Assembly (NCBI GenBank): GCA_038087875.1
Contig: CM075994.1
Location: 8,124,001 to 8,188,000 of the forward strand
DNA: 64,000 nucleotides
Direction: 5' to 3'
DNA from: Malacoraja senta
Lineage: Eukaryota
Positions 1 to 13,220 of this stretch are shown here, piece by piece. The position numbers and the translations under genes were made by a program. A model generated the notes under the pieces. It saw nothing but the letters and a program-made list of their open reading frames with translations, did no database searches and was not told the DNA's origin. Positions within the stretch are counted from its first letter, which is position 1. Each line of letters starts with the position of its first letter.

Positions 1-87
1 CAGATCAATTTCGCTCCTGGGATCAATAGAGTTCTGTCTTATCGTATACTATCAAAGCCGTGATGGGCTGAATGGCCTAGTTCTACT

Positions 88-620
88 CATAGAAACTTAG
101 AAACATAGAAAGTAGGCGCAGGAGCAGGCCATTCAGCCCTTCGAGCCTTTCAATATGATCATGGCTGATCATCCAGAATCAGTACCCCGTTCCTGCTTTC
201 TCCCCATATCCCTTCATTCCGTTAGCCCTAAGAGCTAAATCTAACTCTCTCTTGAAAACATCCAGAGAATTGGCCTCCACTGCCTTCTGTGGCAGGGAAT
301 TCCACAGATTCCCACTCTCTGGGTGAAAACATTTTTCCTCATCTCAGTCCTAAATGGCCGACCCCTTATTCTTAAACTGTGACCCCTGGTTCTGGACTCC
401 CCCAACATCGGGAACATTTTTCCTGCATTTAGCCTGTCCAATCCCTCAAGGATTTTATATGTTTCTATAAGATCCCCTCTCATCCTAAATTCCAGTGAAT
501 TCAAGCCCAGTCGATCCATTCTTTCATCATACGACAGTCCCGCCATCCCGGGAATTAACCTGGTGAACCTTCACTGCACTCCCTCAATGGCAAGAAAGTC
601 CTTCCTCAAATTGGGAGACC
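88..620 (-). mobile_element. CR1/HER1-type LINE 3' fragment
   Basis: ORF 241-546: LEFR.RGDLIETYKI...RTRGHSLRI, plus 3' UTR and microsatellite tail. Confidence 0.9.
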
Positions 621-634
621 ATCTCCGGAGATAA

Positions 635-1238
635 TGCTTTATTATCAGTATAAGCAGTAAAATCTTTATTTCGCCAGACGGGTGAGGTAAAAACTCTTTA
701 CAGTATGCTGACAACAGACTATACAGAGAAGTCCCACACAAAGGGACACTGATCTCAGTACATGTATATATACCCCACTAATCGACGATTCAGCAATACG
801 TTATCTACAAAGCATAGTACAGCCTCTTGCTTCTTAAGCTTGATAGATCCTTAAGATTGACAGCATCAGAAGATTGACAGGTTCTTCTGACAGAGGAAGG
901 GTTAGCCATATATAGTTATATGAGAAGGTTATATTTCTGCAGAACAAGTATTTTGTTTTTTTCTACTTATGACGCACATCATAATCTTATAGAACAAGGG
1001 TTAGTCTGAATTCTCTCTAATGTTTATGTTATAGAGGAGACATTCATGAAGCTGTGCTTGTTATCTCACTTATGTTATTGGAAAGGGGAACATCAACAGT
1101 CTGCTGACCTTGTTAATGTACTGAAAGCAAGGGTTAGTGCTTTTTCGCTAGCTTTGCAATTTAATAGAAGAAGGTGAAAGCCTGTCTTAGTTTTAGCGGA
1201 ATCCATTTTGTGAGCTTAAATCATTATTAACTTCCACA
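635..1238 (-). mobile_element. Possible solo LTR
   Basis: On the - strand it begins TGTGG, has a TATA-like box (~762-772) and downstream AATAAA motifs; no TSD found. Confidence 0.3.
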
Positions 1239-1406
1239 GAAGGAATGGGCCATTCTCTCCAGAGATGCTGCCTGTCCTGCTGACTGTCCTGAGTGTGAAT
1301 GGAGTGGAAAAGAATGTCTCTTCTCATCCTTCTAAATCCCAGTGAATACAAGCCCAGTCGAAATCCTATCACTTATGAACCTCTGTCTATCTGCTTTTCT
1401 TTGCAG

Positions 1407-1494
1407 AGTTTCCCAAGTTTGATCTACGGATAACCCCAGACTATTGGTACTTCATGGTCAACAGTGATACATTCTTACTCACTATCCAAGTGGC
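1407..1494 (+). CDS. Gene A exon (C4 exon 7 equivalent, start of MG3): FPKFDLRITPDYWYFMVNSDTFLLTIQVA
   Basis: ttttctttgcag| ... GC|gtgagt; phase 1-2; resembles the C3/C4 VLPxFEVxITP motif. Confidence 0.9.
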
Positions 1495-1610
1495 GTGAGT
1501 AACAGCTTCACATCCTCCTGCACTTTCAGGGGTCTAAGGGGTATTTAAAGTTATAGAGTCACACAGTGTGGAAACAGGCCCTAACTTGCCGAACATGCCT
1601 CATCTACACT

Positions 1611-2010
1611 TAGTGTTGCCAACTGTCCCATATTAGCCGGGCCATCCCGTATATTGGGCTAAATTGGTTTGTCCCGTACGGGACCGCCCTTGTCCCGTAT
1701 TTGACTGCTATTACTCTGGTCGAGGGGACTGTCGGGTCGGAGCGCCACGTCCGGCCCCGCCTCACCTGTCCCGACGTAGTGCAGCCCATGGAGTGCAGCA
1801 GCAGCAGCGCCTCGCCCGTGGCCCCGTCGGTCGGCAGCCCGGCCAGCTGTCCGACCTTCGGACCTTCGCTTACCGCCGACACCACCACCCCTCCTTCTCA
1901 TGGCTGATCATCGGTTCATGAGTTGGATGGGGTGCCGGACTTTGCGCGCGACATTGCGCGGCCCGGGGCCAAAACTCCTCAGCCGGCCCGCCGGCTGGGC
2001 TTTGTGTGTG
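1611..2010. mobile_element. GC-rich hAT-like MITE, partial copy
   Basis: TAG(T)GTTGCCAAC end; near-identical to 21752-22273 and 40391-40920. Confidence 0.8.
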
Positions 2011-2294
2011 GCCGACATCCCTTCACACCTAAGATCGACATAAAATGCTGGAGTAACTCAGCGGGTCACTGGATAGCTTACATATTGTGTCGAGGCCCTT
2101 GTTCAGACTGAAGAAGGGTCTCGACCCGAAACATCACACCATTCCTTCTCTCCAGAGATGCTGCCTGTCCCGCTGAGTTACTCCAGCGTTTTGTGTCTGT
2201 CTTCGGTGTAAACCAGCATCTGCAGTTCCTTCCAACACTTTCCCTCCAATCCAATCTTATCCATGTACCTGTCCAAATGTTTTGTTTTAATTTT

Positions 2295-2578
2295 AGTTTA
2301 GTTTAGAGATACAGCGTGGAAACAGGCCCCTTCGGCCCACCGATCCCCGCACACTAACACTACCCTACACATACACTAGGGACAATTTACAATTTTACCA
2401 AAGCCAATTCACCTACAAACCTGCACGTCTTTGGATTGTGGGAGGAAACCGAAGATCTCGGAGAAAACCCACGCAAGTCACGGGGAGAGCGTACAAACTC
2501 CGTACAGACAGCACCCGTAGTCAGGATCGAACCGGGGTCTCTGGCGCTGTGAGGCGGCAACTCTACCGTTGCGCCACC
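2295..2578 (-). mobile_element. tRNA-derived SINE (HE1/V-SINE type); one of more than 20 copies or fragments in the window
   Basis: A box GGTGGCGCAnCGG and B box GGTTCGATCC on the - strand; (CTAAA)n tail. Confidence 0.85.
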
Positions 2579-2615
2579 TTGTGGTCACCTTCCATTTTGT
2601 TTATTTTCTTTGCAG

Positions 2616-2715
2616 GAATAAAGTGGACGGTGCTTTGAATGCCAATGTCACCTTTGGGATATCTCCAATCTCCGGTCCGAAGGTACCTTTACAACAACTG
2701 GATCAACATCTGCAG
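2616..2715 (+). CDS. Gene A exon (exon 8 equivalent, MG3): NKVDGALNANVTFGISPISGPKVPLQQLDQHLQ
   Basis: ttttctttgcag| ... CAG|gtgggc; phase 2-0; AxVxFG motif. Confidence 0.88.
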
Positions 2716-3300
2716 GTGGGCACCAACGGTCTACGATACCATAGGATGCGATAGAACTTTATTTATCCCAGGAGGTAAATTGATGAGGGAAATCTTTGGT
2801 GACTCTCGGACTACCCTTGATCGGACTTTGCTGGCTTTACCTTGCACTAAACGTTATTCCCTTATCGTGTATCTGTACACTGTAAACGGCTCAATTGTCA
2901 TCAGGTATTGTCTTTCCGCTGGCTGGTTATTAATGGAAATATTAGTGTGTGTAGGATAACGTTAATGTACGGAGGTCGCTGGTCGGTGCGGACCTGATGG
3001 GCCGAGTGGCCTGTTTCCGTGCTGTATCTCTAAACTAAACTAAACTTCTCATCACACCAGCATCGTGGTCCAGTATATAGAGCAGTAGAGGGAAAACAGC
3101 ACTGAAGACAGACACCAAACGCTGGAGTAACTCAGCGGGACGGGCAGCATCTCAGGAGAGAAGGAATGGGTGACGTTTCGGGTCGAGACCCTTCTTCAGA
3201 CTGAGAGTCGGGGGAGGAGGAATCGAGAGATATAGACGGTCATGTAGAGAGATACAGAAGAAATGAATGAAAGATATGCAAAGTAACGATGATAAAGGAA

Positions 3301-3899
3301 GTATGGGAGCAAAGAGGTCCTTCTGCAGTTGTACAGAGCCCTAGTGAGACCACACCTGGAGTATTGTGTGCTGTTTTGGTCTCCATATTTGAGGAAGGAC
3401 ATTCTTGCTATTGAGGGAGTGCAGCGTAGGTTTACAAGGTTAATTCCCGGGATGGCTGGACTGTCATATGCTGAGAGAATGGAGCGGCTGGGCTTGTATA
3501 CACTGGAATTTAGAAGGATGAGAGGGAATCTCATTGAAACATATAAGATTATTAAGGGTTTGGACACGCTAGAGGCAGGACACATGTTCCCGATATTGGT
3601 GGAGTCCGGAACCAGGGGCAACAGTTTAAGAACAAGGGGTACGCCATTTGGAACAGAGATGAGGTAAAACAGTTTCACCCAGAAAGTTGTGAATCTGTGG
3701 AATTCTTTGTCTCAGAAGGCAGTGGAGGCCAATTCACTGGATGCTTTCAAGAGAGAGTTAGATAGACCTCTTAAAGATAGGATATGGGGAATAGGCAGGA
3801 ACGGGGTACTTATTGCGGATGATCAGCCATGATCACAGTGAATGGCGGTGCTGGCTCGAAGGGCCGAATGGCCTACTCCTGCACCTGTTGTCTATTGTC
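3301..3899 (+). mobile_element. CR1/HER1 LINE 3' fragment inserted into a Penelope 3' fragment (~3105-4035)
   Basis: LYRALVRPHLEYCV...VQRRFTRLIPG; flanks are continuous Penelope tail sequence. Confidence 0.9.
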
Positions 3900-4528
3900 T
3901 AGGCCATTGTTAGCTGTGTGCTAGGTGAAAACAAGTTACAGACAATGAGACTCAACAAGACAACTTTGAAATTGGTACAACGACTTGGGTGGGGGAGGGA
4001 CGGCGAGAGAGGGGATGCAAGGATTACTTGAAGTTAGGCACGGAATGCCTCTTGGGAGCAGGCCCTTCGGCCCAACCTGTCTGTGCCGACCAAGATGCCC
4101 CATCTGCCCTCCACTGCTCTGGATGGATGGGAGGGAGGTATTCGGGATGGGATTGACCAGCTGAGGTCCAGAGGAGGTTTACAAGAATGCTTCCAGGAAT
4201 GAGTGGGCTAGCATGCGATGCCTTCTGCCATCTCCGCATAACCCGTGACACCCGTTCCAATCAAGAATTTGTCTATATCTGCCTTACCAATACCCACTGA
4301 CTTGGCCTCCACAGCCCTCTGTGGCAAAGAGTTCCACAGATGGACTACCCTCTGACTAAAGAAGTTGACTTGGAGTTAGAGAAATCAATATTCATTGATT
4401 TGAGCCCTTCGGCCCAACTTGCTCACACCGACAGACATGTCCCATCTACACTAGTCCCACCTGCCCGCGTTCGGTCCATATCCCTCTAAACCTGTCCTAT
4501 CCATGTACCTGTCTAAACGTACCGTTAA

Positions 4529-4765
4529 AGGGCCTGTCCCACCTGGCGATTTTTTTCAGCATCTTATCAGTGTCGCCAAAAGTCTTTGAACATTTCAAAA
4601 TCCAGAACATTTCAAAAACATTGCGACACTCGAAAAAACATCATACGCCATCACGCCGCGTCACGGCGCCTCACCGCCGCGTCACGCTGCTACATTTCGG
4701 TGGCCTAGTACGTTAGTCAATGACGCCAGCAGTCGCCGAAAAAATCGCCAAGTGGGACAGGCCCT
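4529..4765. mobile_element. PIF/Harbinger-like MITE
   Basis: TIR AGGGCCTGTCCCAC...GTGGGACAGGCCCT; TAA TSD. Confidence 0.85.
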
Positions 4766-5032
4766 TAAACGTTGGTATAGCCCCAGCCTCAACCCCTGTA
4801 CCTCCTCCGGCAGCTCGTTCCATACACCCACCGCCCTATGTGTTAGAAAGTTACCCATTGGGTCCCTATTAAATCTTTCCCCCCTCACCTTAAAACTATG
4901 TCCTCTGGTTTTCGATTCCCAAACTCTGGGCAAGAGACTCTGTGCGTCCACCCGATCTACGTATGACCTGAATTTTACCAGGCATGATTCCTGTACTCGA
5001 CGGCTGTTTGATGCTTTGCTTTGCCCCATTAG

Positions 5033-5159
5033 GTGAGGAACGGAAGTGCCCCTGTGATCCTACAGAGGGCAGAACTTCTTCACAGCATACAGAAGACTGG
5101 AAACATGGACAGGTTCATCGGCAGCACCTTGTACATCGCGGCAGAGGTGTCGGACGGCA
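5033..5159 (+). CDS. Gene A exon (exon 9 equivalent, MG3): VRNGSAPVILQRAELLHSIQKTGNMDRFIGSTLYIAAEVSDG
   Basis: ccccattag| ... A|gtaagt; phase 0-1; GxxLYIAA motif (C4 GLRLYVAA). Confidence 0.92.
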
Positions 5160-5375
5160 GTAAGTACCTCCCTCCACCAAGCTGGTCCACACCTCTCCAC
5201 GTGGCACCTACACTCACGGGCCCTGAGAGGCAAGAGTGTTCTATTGCCACGTCCCAGATAGAACAACGACATTCTGACTCGCTGCAGCACGACAGAATAT
5301 ACAAACATAGTACTCTGTAAACACTCTCCAATGTAAACTTTGTAACCAATATGATACATGAGAAAATAAGTTCAC

Positions 5376-5428
<53 letters not shown>

Positions 5429-6065
5429 ATATGTGTGTGCGTGTGTGCATGTATGCATGTGTTGTGCATGTACATATGTGTGTGCGCATGTATATGTGTG
5501 TGTGTGCAGATGTATGTGTGTGTGTGCATGTATGCATGAGTGTGTATGTACATATGTATGTGTGCATGTATATGTGTGTGTGCATGTATTCATGTGTGTG
5601 TGTATTTACATATGTGTGTGTGCATGTATGTGTGTGTGCATGTATGCATGTGTGTGTGTATGTACATATGTGTATGTGCATGTATATGTGTGTGTACATG
5701 TATGCATGTGTATGTGTACATATGTGTGTACATGTATTTGTGTGTGCATGTATGCACGTGTGTGTGTACGTACATATGTGTGTGTGCATGTATATGTGTG
5801 TGTGCATGTATGCATGTGTGTGTATGTACATATGTGTGTGTGCATGTATATGTGTGTGTGTGTATGTATGTGTGTATATATATGTGTGTGAATATGTATG
5901 TGTATATGAATGTATGTGTGTTTGTAGGTACATATGTGTGTATGTTTATGTATATGTGTGTATGTATGTATATGTGTGTATGTATGTGTCTATGTGTGTG
6001 TATGTATATGTGCGTATGTGTGTGTATATGTGTGCGTGCGTACGTGTGCATGTATACGTGTGCGT
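5376..6065. repeat. Degenerate (TA)/(TG)/(CATG) microsatellite
   Basis: direct inspection. Confidence 0.95.
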
Positions 6066-6203
6066 GTTGGTTGGTATACATAAACTGAACATTTTCTCAT
6101 TTAATATTCTGTTATATATATACATAAATTAAGCAAGAAAATTAGCAGTATATAATATAACATAATATTATATAATATTATATAATAATTATATATTATA
6201 TAA

Positions 6204-6640
6204 TCTATATACTTTTAAAACTCTGTGTGTGTGGGTGTATGTCATTTTGATTTTGCCTTTGATTCGTTACTCCGCGAAAACCAGACGCAAAAACACCGAG
6301 ATTTTTACCATTTCGCTAGCGATTTTACTTTTACCTTCGCAAATCCACTCCTCATTAAATTTAGTCATGTTTCTGTACACATTTTAAATAAAATCCTTCA
6401 CACCCCCCCCCCACTCAGTCATTTTTTCGCCTCCCGCTGGCCACCTTCTCATCGCGTGCCCCACGCGACCATAACGGCTGCTGCCGCCTGGCTCTCCTCC
6501 ACTTCCCCCCCCCCCCACACCCGGCCCGGCTCTGTCCCGCTGGCGGAAGCCACAGATCGGCTGGTCCGCCCGCTCCTTTTCGCCGTCCTCGCTGGCGGCC
6601 CGCAGGCTCACTCGGGATCACGCCCGCCCGCCCACTCCAC
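6204..6640 (+). mobile_element. Non-autonomous Helitron-like 5' portion, followed by a (CA)n-type tract to ~6941
   Basis: A|TCTATATACTTTTAAAACTC start shared with the element at 63357. Confidence 0.55.
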
Positions 6641-6898
6641 ACACATATATATACACATTTATATATACATATATATACACACACACGCGCACACACACTC
6701 ACGCACACACACGTACACACACTCACGCACACACACGTCCACACGTTCACGCACACGCACACACTCACGCACACACACTCACTCACACACACGTACACAC
6801 GCACACACACTCACGCACACACACACGTACACACACTCACGCACACGCACACACACACGTACACACAAACATACACACAAACACACACATACACATGA

Positions 6899-6943
<45 letters not shown>

Positions 6944-7070
6944 AATCTAAACTCATCTAAACTAAACAAGGCCGATTGCCAACATTTCTCTCGAGTGCTG
7001 TGGGATGTTTCACCGAATGAAAGGGGTTGGTCAAATAGGTTAACGGGTTTGTGTTGTTATATTTCTGCAG

Positions 7071-7183
7071 AACACACCGAGAAGAAGGTTGTGGACAATA
7101 TAGCGTTCCGGCTCTCTCACTTCAACATCAGCTTCACATCAATGAAACCCTATTTCACACCAGGAGCTCGATTTTATATCCCG
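7071..7183 (+). CDS. Gene A exon (exon 10 equivalent, MG3/MG4): HTEKKVVDNIAFRLSHFNISFTSMKPYFTPGARFYIP
   Basis: atttctgcag| ... CCG|gtacaa; phase 1-0; YFxPGxxF motif. Confidence 0.92.
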
Positions 7184-7292
7184 GTACAAATGTGTTTATT
7201 ATGGAATATTGTTTATGCGTGTGTGACTGTGTGTGTGTGTGTGTGTGTCCGTGTATGTGTGTGTGTGCGTGTGACTGTGTCAGTGTCAGTGT

Positions 7293-7600
7293 GTGACCTT
7301 ATGACATGACCTTATGCCATGACCATATGACCGTAAGACATGACCTTATGACCTTATGCCATGAGGATATGACCTTATGCCATGACCATATGACCTTAGG
7401 ACATGACCTTATGACGTGATCATATGACCTTAGGACACAACCTTATGACGAGATCATATGACCTTAGGACATGACCTTATGACCTTAGGACATGACCTTA
7501 TGACATGATCATATGACCTTATGACATGATCTTATGATTACCATATGACCGTAGGACATGACCTTAGGACATGACCTTATGACATGACCATATGACCTTA
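7293..7600. repeat. (ATGACCTT/ATGAC) minisatellite; also at ~8815-8915 and ~9297-9545
   Basis: direct inspection; resembles an expanded LINE 3' tail. Confidence 0.9.
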
Positions 7601-8915
7601 TGTGTGTGTGTGGCTGTGTGTGTCCGCGTATTTGTGTGTGCGCTTGTGACTGTGTGTGAGTGTGTGTTTGTGTGTGTCCGCGTATGTGTGTGCGTGTGCT
7701 TGTGTGTGTCTGTCTGTGCGGTGTGTGTGTGTGTGTGTGTGTGTGTCTGTGTGTGTGTGCGTGTCTGTGTGTGTGTGTGTGTGGCTCTGTGTGTGTGTGT
7801 GATTAGTTTGGTTTAGTTTAGAGATACAATGCAGGTACAGGCCCTTCGGCCCACCGAGTCCGTGCCGACCAACGATCCCCGCACACTAATACCATCCTAC
7901 ACACACTAGGGACAATTTACAGTTATACCAAGCCAATTAACCTGCAAACCTGCGTGTCTTTGGAGTGTGGGAGGGAACGGGAACACTTGGAGAAAACCCA
8001 CGCGGGTCACAGGGAGAACGTGCAAACTCCGTACAGACAGCAGCCGTAGTCAGGATTGAACCCGGGTCTCTGGTGCTGTGAGGCAGCAACTCTACCGCTG
8101 CGCCATCCTGCATTCTTGTGCTCCGGTTTCCTCCCACTCTCCAAAGACGTGCCGTTTTGTAACTTAGTTGGCTTCTGCAAAATTGTACATTGTCCCTCGT
8201 GTGTGCAGGAAAGTGCGGGATGATCACTGGTCAGTGTGGACTCGGTGGGCCAAAGGGCCTCTTTCTATGCTGTATCTCGAAAACTAAACTAAAACATTTG
8301 GACAGGGCCATGGATGTTTTTCTCTAAAGCAAACCAACATCATCTGGAGTTGAACCTGAGCAAGTGTAAGGTGATGCACTTTGTGGATGTGGAGAGGATG
8401 TTTCCACTAGTGGGACAGTCTAGGACCAGAGGGCACAGCCTCAGAATTAAAGGACAGTCCTTTAGGAAGGAGATGAGGAGGGTGGTGAATCTGTGGAGTT
8501 CTTTGCCGCAGACGGCTGTGGAGTCCAAGTCAGTGGATATTTCTACGGCAGAGAAGGATAGATTCTTGATTAGTACGGGTGTCAGGGGTTATGGGGAGAA
8601 GGCAGGAAGATGGGGTTAGGGGAGAGATAGATCAGGCGTTATTAAATGGCAGAGTAGACTTGATGGGCAGAATGGCCTAATTCTTCTCTTATCCCTTATG
8701 ATCTTATGGTCGTCTAGACTTTAACCTGATATCTTCACTTAATGTAGGCCATTCAGCCCATTGAACCCATGCTCACTCTTGGAGAATTCCAGTCAAGCCT
8801 AATTCTACTATCCCTTATGACCTCATGATCTTATGACCTTATGACGACCATATGATCTTATGACATGTTCTTATGCCATGACCATATGACCTTAGGACAT
8901 GACCTTGTGACATGA

Positions 8916-9296
8916 CAATAGACAATAGACAATAGGTGCAGGAGTAGGCCATTCGGCCCTTCGAGCCAGCACCGCCATTCAATGTGATCATGGCTGATCA
9001 TCCCCAATCAGTACCCCGTTCCTGCCTTCTCCCCATATCCCCTGACTCCGCTATTTTTAAGAGCCCTATCTAGCTCTCTCTTGAAAGCATCCAGAGAACC
9101 TGCCTCCACCGCCCTCTGAGGCAGGGAATTCCACTGACTCACAACTCTCTGTGAGAAAAAGTGTTTCCTCGTCTCCGTTCTAAATGGCTTACTCCTTATT
9201 CTTAAACTGTGGCCCCTGGTTCTGGACTCCCCCAACATCGGGAACATGTTTCCTGCCTCTAACATGTCCAAGCCCTTAACAATCTTATATGTTTCA
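8916..9296 (-). mobile_element. CR1/HER1 LINE 3' fragment
   Basis: ORF 9008-9271 ending GYGEKAGTGY. Confidence 0.9.
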
Positions 9297-9613
9297 ACCT
9301 TATGACATGACCTTATGCCATGACCTTAGGACATGACCTTATGCCATGCTCATATGTTTCAACCTTATGACATGACCTTATGCCATGACCTTAGGACATG
9401 ACCTTATGCCATGCTCATATGACCTTAGGACATGACCTTATGACCTTATGCCATGCTCATATGACCTTATGACCTTATGCCATGCTCATATGACCTTAGG
9501 ACATGACCTGATGATCTTATGTCATGACCTGATGACCATATGACTTTGGTAGCCTTGATCACGAGGCGTTGGCTGAAGGATGTGGTGATCTTTCACGTTG
9601 CACTGCTTTACAG

Positions 9614-9787
9614 ATCTCCGTGACCTATCCCAATGGATCCCCCGCCATCAACGTGTCGCTGCATGTCAACCTCACCATCGTAGAGGAAGAGGTGATCAAG
9701 GATTCGATTGAAGGGACAACGGACCAGCTCGGCGAGATGATCTTCTCATTGACGGTTCCTGTAAAAGCGCACATTCTCAACGTCACG
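9614..9787 (+). CDS. Gene A exon (exon 11 equivalent, MG4): ISVTYPNGSPAINVSLHVNLTIVEEEVIKDSIEGTTDQLGEMIFSLTVPVKAHILNVT
   Basis: ctttacag| ... ACG|gtacgt; phase 0-0; VTxPxGSPA and TDxxG motifs. Confidence 0.93.
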
Positions 9788-10990
9788 GTACGTTGCCTCG
9801 ACCGACTCTCGACCCGAGGGTGAGGGGGTGGGCCTTATTTAAACTTCCCGTTTGGTTCAGATGTACGGTGTGGGAATCAGGCCCTTTGGCCCCACCGGGT
9901 CCGCGCCCACCAGCGATCCCGCACTCTAGCACTATCCAAGACTAGGCACAATTTTTTTCATTGATACTGAGCCAATAAACCTACAAACCCTGCACGTCTT
10001 TGGAGTGTGGGAGGAAACCAGAGGTCTCGGAGAAAATTCACGCAGGTCACGGGGAGAACGTACAAACTCCATACAGACAGCGCCCATAGTCAGGATCGAA
10101 CCCGGGTCTCTGGCGCTGTAAGCGCTGTAAGGCAGCAACTCTACCGCTGCGCCACCACACCACTCCAATAGTGAAAGACCTGGATAGACTGGATGTGGAG
10201 AGGATGTTTCACTGGTGTGAGAATCTAGGACCAGAGGGCACAGCCTCAAGAGTAAAAGGACGTACCTTTAGAAGAGTCCCAGCCTGCTCAACCTCTCCCT
10301 ATTGCTCAGGCCCTCGAGTACTGGTAACATCCTCGTAAATCTTCTCTACGCCCTTTCTAGTTTGACAACATCTTTCCCATAACATGGTGCCCAGAACTGA
10401 ACACGACACTCTAAATGTGGCCTCTTATACAACTGCAACACGACCCCACCCCAACATCCTTTGAATCTGTTTCCCCAACCCATAACTTCCCACACCTTCC
10501 ACACCGCAAGAAATCGCAGAGAGTTGTGGGACGCAGCCCAGACCATCACACAAGCCAACCTCCCTCCCATTGACTCCATCTACACCTCACGCTGCCTCGG
10601 CAAGGCCAGCAGCATAATCACCCCGGCCACTCCCTCTTCTCCCCTCTCCCATCAGGCAAATGGTACAGGCGTGAAAACGCACACCTCCAGATTCAGGGAC
10701 AGTTTCTTTCCCACCTGTTATGGCAACTGAACCATCCTACCACAACCAGTGAGCAATGCTGAACTACTTTCTACCTCGTTGGGGACCCTCGGACTATTTT
10801 GATTGGACTTTACTGGCTTTACCTTGACTAAACATTATTCCCTTATCATGCCCTTACCATACACTGTGGACGGCTCGACTGCAATCATGTATTGTCTTTC
10901 CGCTGACTGGTTAGCACGCAACAAAAAGCTTTTCACTGTACCTCGGTACACGTGACAATAAACTGAACTAAAGTAAATGAAACACGTATC

Positions 10991-11305
10991 GGCACGGTGG
11001 CGCAGCGATAGAGTTGCTGCTTTACAGCGGATGCAGCGCCAGAGACCCGGGTTCGATCCCGACTACGGGTGCTGTCTGTACGGAGTTTGTACGTTCTCCC
11101 CGTGACCTGCGGGAGTTTTCTCCGAGATCTTCAGAGAGATCCCTCCCTCACTCCAAAGACGTACAGGTATGTAGGGTAATTGGCTTGGTGTATGTGTAAA
11201 TTATCCCTTGTGTGTGTAGGATCGTATTAATGTGCAGGTCGGCGCGGACATGGTGGGCTGAAGGGCCTGTGTCCACGCTGTATCTCTATCTATACTAAGC
11301 TAAAC
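10991..11305 (+). mobile_element. tRNA-derived SINE
   Basis: GGCACGGTGGCGCAGCG...GGTTCGATCCC. Confidence 0.85.
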
Positions 11306-11579
11306 GTCTGAAGAAGGGTCTCGACCCGTAAAGGTCACCCATTCCTTCCCTCCAGAGATGCTTCCTGTCCCGCTGACTTACGTCAGCTTTTTGTGTCTAT
11401 CTTTGCTCTAAACCAGGGGTTGGCAACCGGCCCGTAACCCGAAATCATCCGGCCCGCAGGTGTATTTTTTTTCAATTCGTTTTCGCGACCTGGGAACTGC
11501 AGCCAGTCCCGGGGCAGGCGAGGGATCTGGGAACCGCAGAAAACGAATTGAAAAACACGTGAAAAACTAATGTGAAAAA

Positions 11580-12490
11580 CAACACCAAGTTCCTGGGAAC
11601 CATCATCTCCAAGGACCTTAAATGGGGGGCTACCATCGACTCCACAGTCAAAAAGGCACAACAGAGGGATGTACTTCCCACGGCAGCTGAGCACAGCACA
11701 ATCTGCCACAGCAATGATGGTCCAATTCTACACGGCCATCGTAGAGTCTGTTCTCACCTTCTCCATCATGGTCTGGTTTGGCTCAGCTACCAAGCACGAC
11801 ACCTGGAAGCTGCAGCGAATCGTCCGATCAGCAGAGAAGGTTATTGGCTGCAACCTTCCCTCCATTGATGAACTGTACACTGCAAGGGCCAGGAAGCGAG
11901 CGGGCAAGATCATCTCTGACCCCTCTCACCCTGGCCACAAACTCTTTGAATCACTTCCCTCTGGAAGGTGACTCTGGACTGTCAAAGCTGCCACAGCCAG
12001 ACATAAAAACAGTTTTTATCCACAAGTAGTTGCTCTACTCAACAGCCAAAAAATCTGTAGCCTCCCTTTGATCTGGTATTTTGTTGGTCACATGCTTGAT
12101 CAATAGTGTTTTATCATTAATGTTTATTATTATTTCCCTGCTGTGAAAAAAAAAAGATTCAGCGTGGAAACAGGCCCTTCGGCTCACCGAGTCCGCGCTG
12201 ACCAGCGATCCCCGCACACTAACACTATCCTACACACACTAGGGACAATTTTACATTTAATTTACATTTACAGCCAAAAATCTGTAGCCTCCCTTTGATC
12301 TGGTATTTTGTTGGTCCACATGCTTGATCAATGGTGTTTTATCATTAATGTTTTATTATTATTTAATGTTTAGTGTTTTCTGAGTCATTCGTAACTGTCA
12401 CTGTATGTCATGTTGTTACTTGTGGGCGGAGCGCCAAGGCAAATTCCTTGTATGTGAATACTTGGCCAATAAACTTACTTATTACTTACT
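11580..12490 (+). mobile_element. Rex1/Babar LINE 3' fragment, degenerate
   Basis: KFLGTIISKDLKW...KKAQQR; FYTAIVESVLT; HPGHKLFESLPSGR; AATAAA plus (CTTA)n tail. Confidence 0.85.
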
Positions 12491-12753
12491 TGATCTAATT
12501 AGTATGTATTATTAGTATGTATTATTAGTATGTATTATTACTAATTTATGTATTATTAGTATGTATTATTACTAATTTATGTATTATTAGTATGTATTAT
12601 TACTAATTACTAGTATGTATTATTATTATCTCCATTTATAGGTAGATATGGCCCGCCATCCACTCACAGACATTTGTCCTGGCCCCTATGCAGAACAAGG
12701 TTGCCGACCCTGCTGTAAACTAAAGTAAATTTCCTCCCTCTCCCCCTGCTCAG

Positions 12754-12945
12754 GCCAGCGCTGGAAGTGGGTCCGGCCAGACTGAGAAGAAGCACGGGAC
12801 GGTGGAGAGACACGTGTCTGACAGTGGGAGGTATATGCACATCAATGTACCTCAAGCACTCTTGTACCCTGAAGATGCCATCACCGTCCACCTGACGGCT
12901 CTGGGTCTGCTCTCTGACGATGACGTCCAGTACTACTACTACATG
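12754..12945 (+). CDS. Gene A exon (exon 12 equivalent, MG4/MG5): ASAGSGSGQTEKK...RYMHINVP...DVQYYYYM
   Basis: long pyrimidine tract and ctcag| ... ATG|gttagt; phase 0-0; ends in YYYM as C4 does. Confidence 0.93.
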
Positions 12946-13220
12946 GTTAGTTCCCGAAACCTTTGGTGTGTGAGAATCAAGTGTTTTATTGTCATTTGTC
13001 CCGGAGATAACAATGGAATTCTTCCTTGCAGCAGCACACAGAATATGTCAGCATAGTACACTGTAAACAATTTAATAAAAGAGAAAATAAATAGTGGGTG
13101 CATAGACATAGACAATAGGTGCAGCAAGAGGCCATTTGGCCCTTCGAGCCAGCACCGCCATTCATTGTGATGGTGGCTGATCGTCCCCAATCAGTAACCC
13201 GTGCCTGCCTTCTCCCCGCA

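Noticed and set aside
1610..1921. Overlapping GC-rich ORFs (also ~21800-22270 and ~40160-41000)
   Set aside because: Stop-poor frames of a repeated hAT-like MITE.
5080..6950. His/Thr- and Cys/Val-rich ORFs
   Set aside because: Dinucleotide repeats; only 5033-5159 is exonic.
10991..11075. tRNA-like sequence with A and B boxes
   Set aside because: SINE head present in many diverged copies, continuing into a SINE body; not a tRNA gene.
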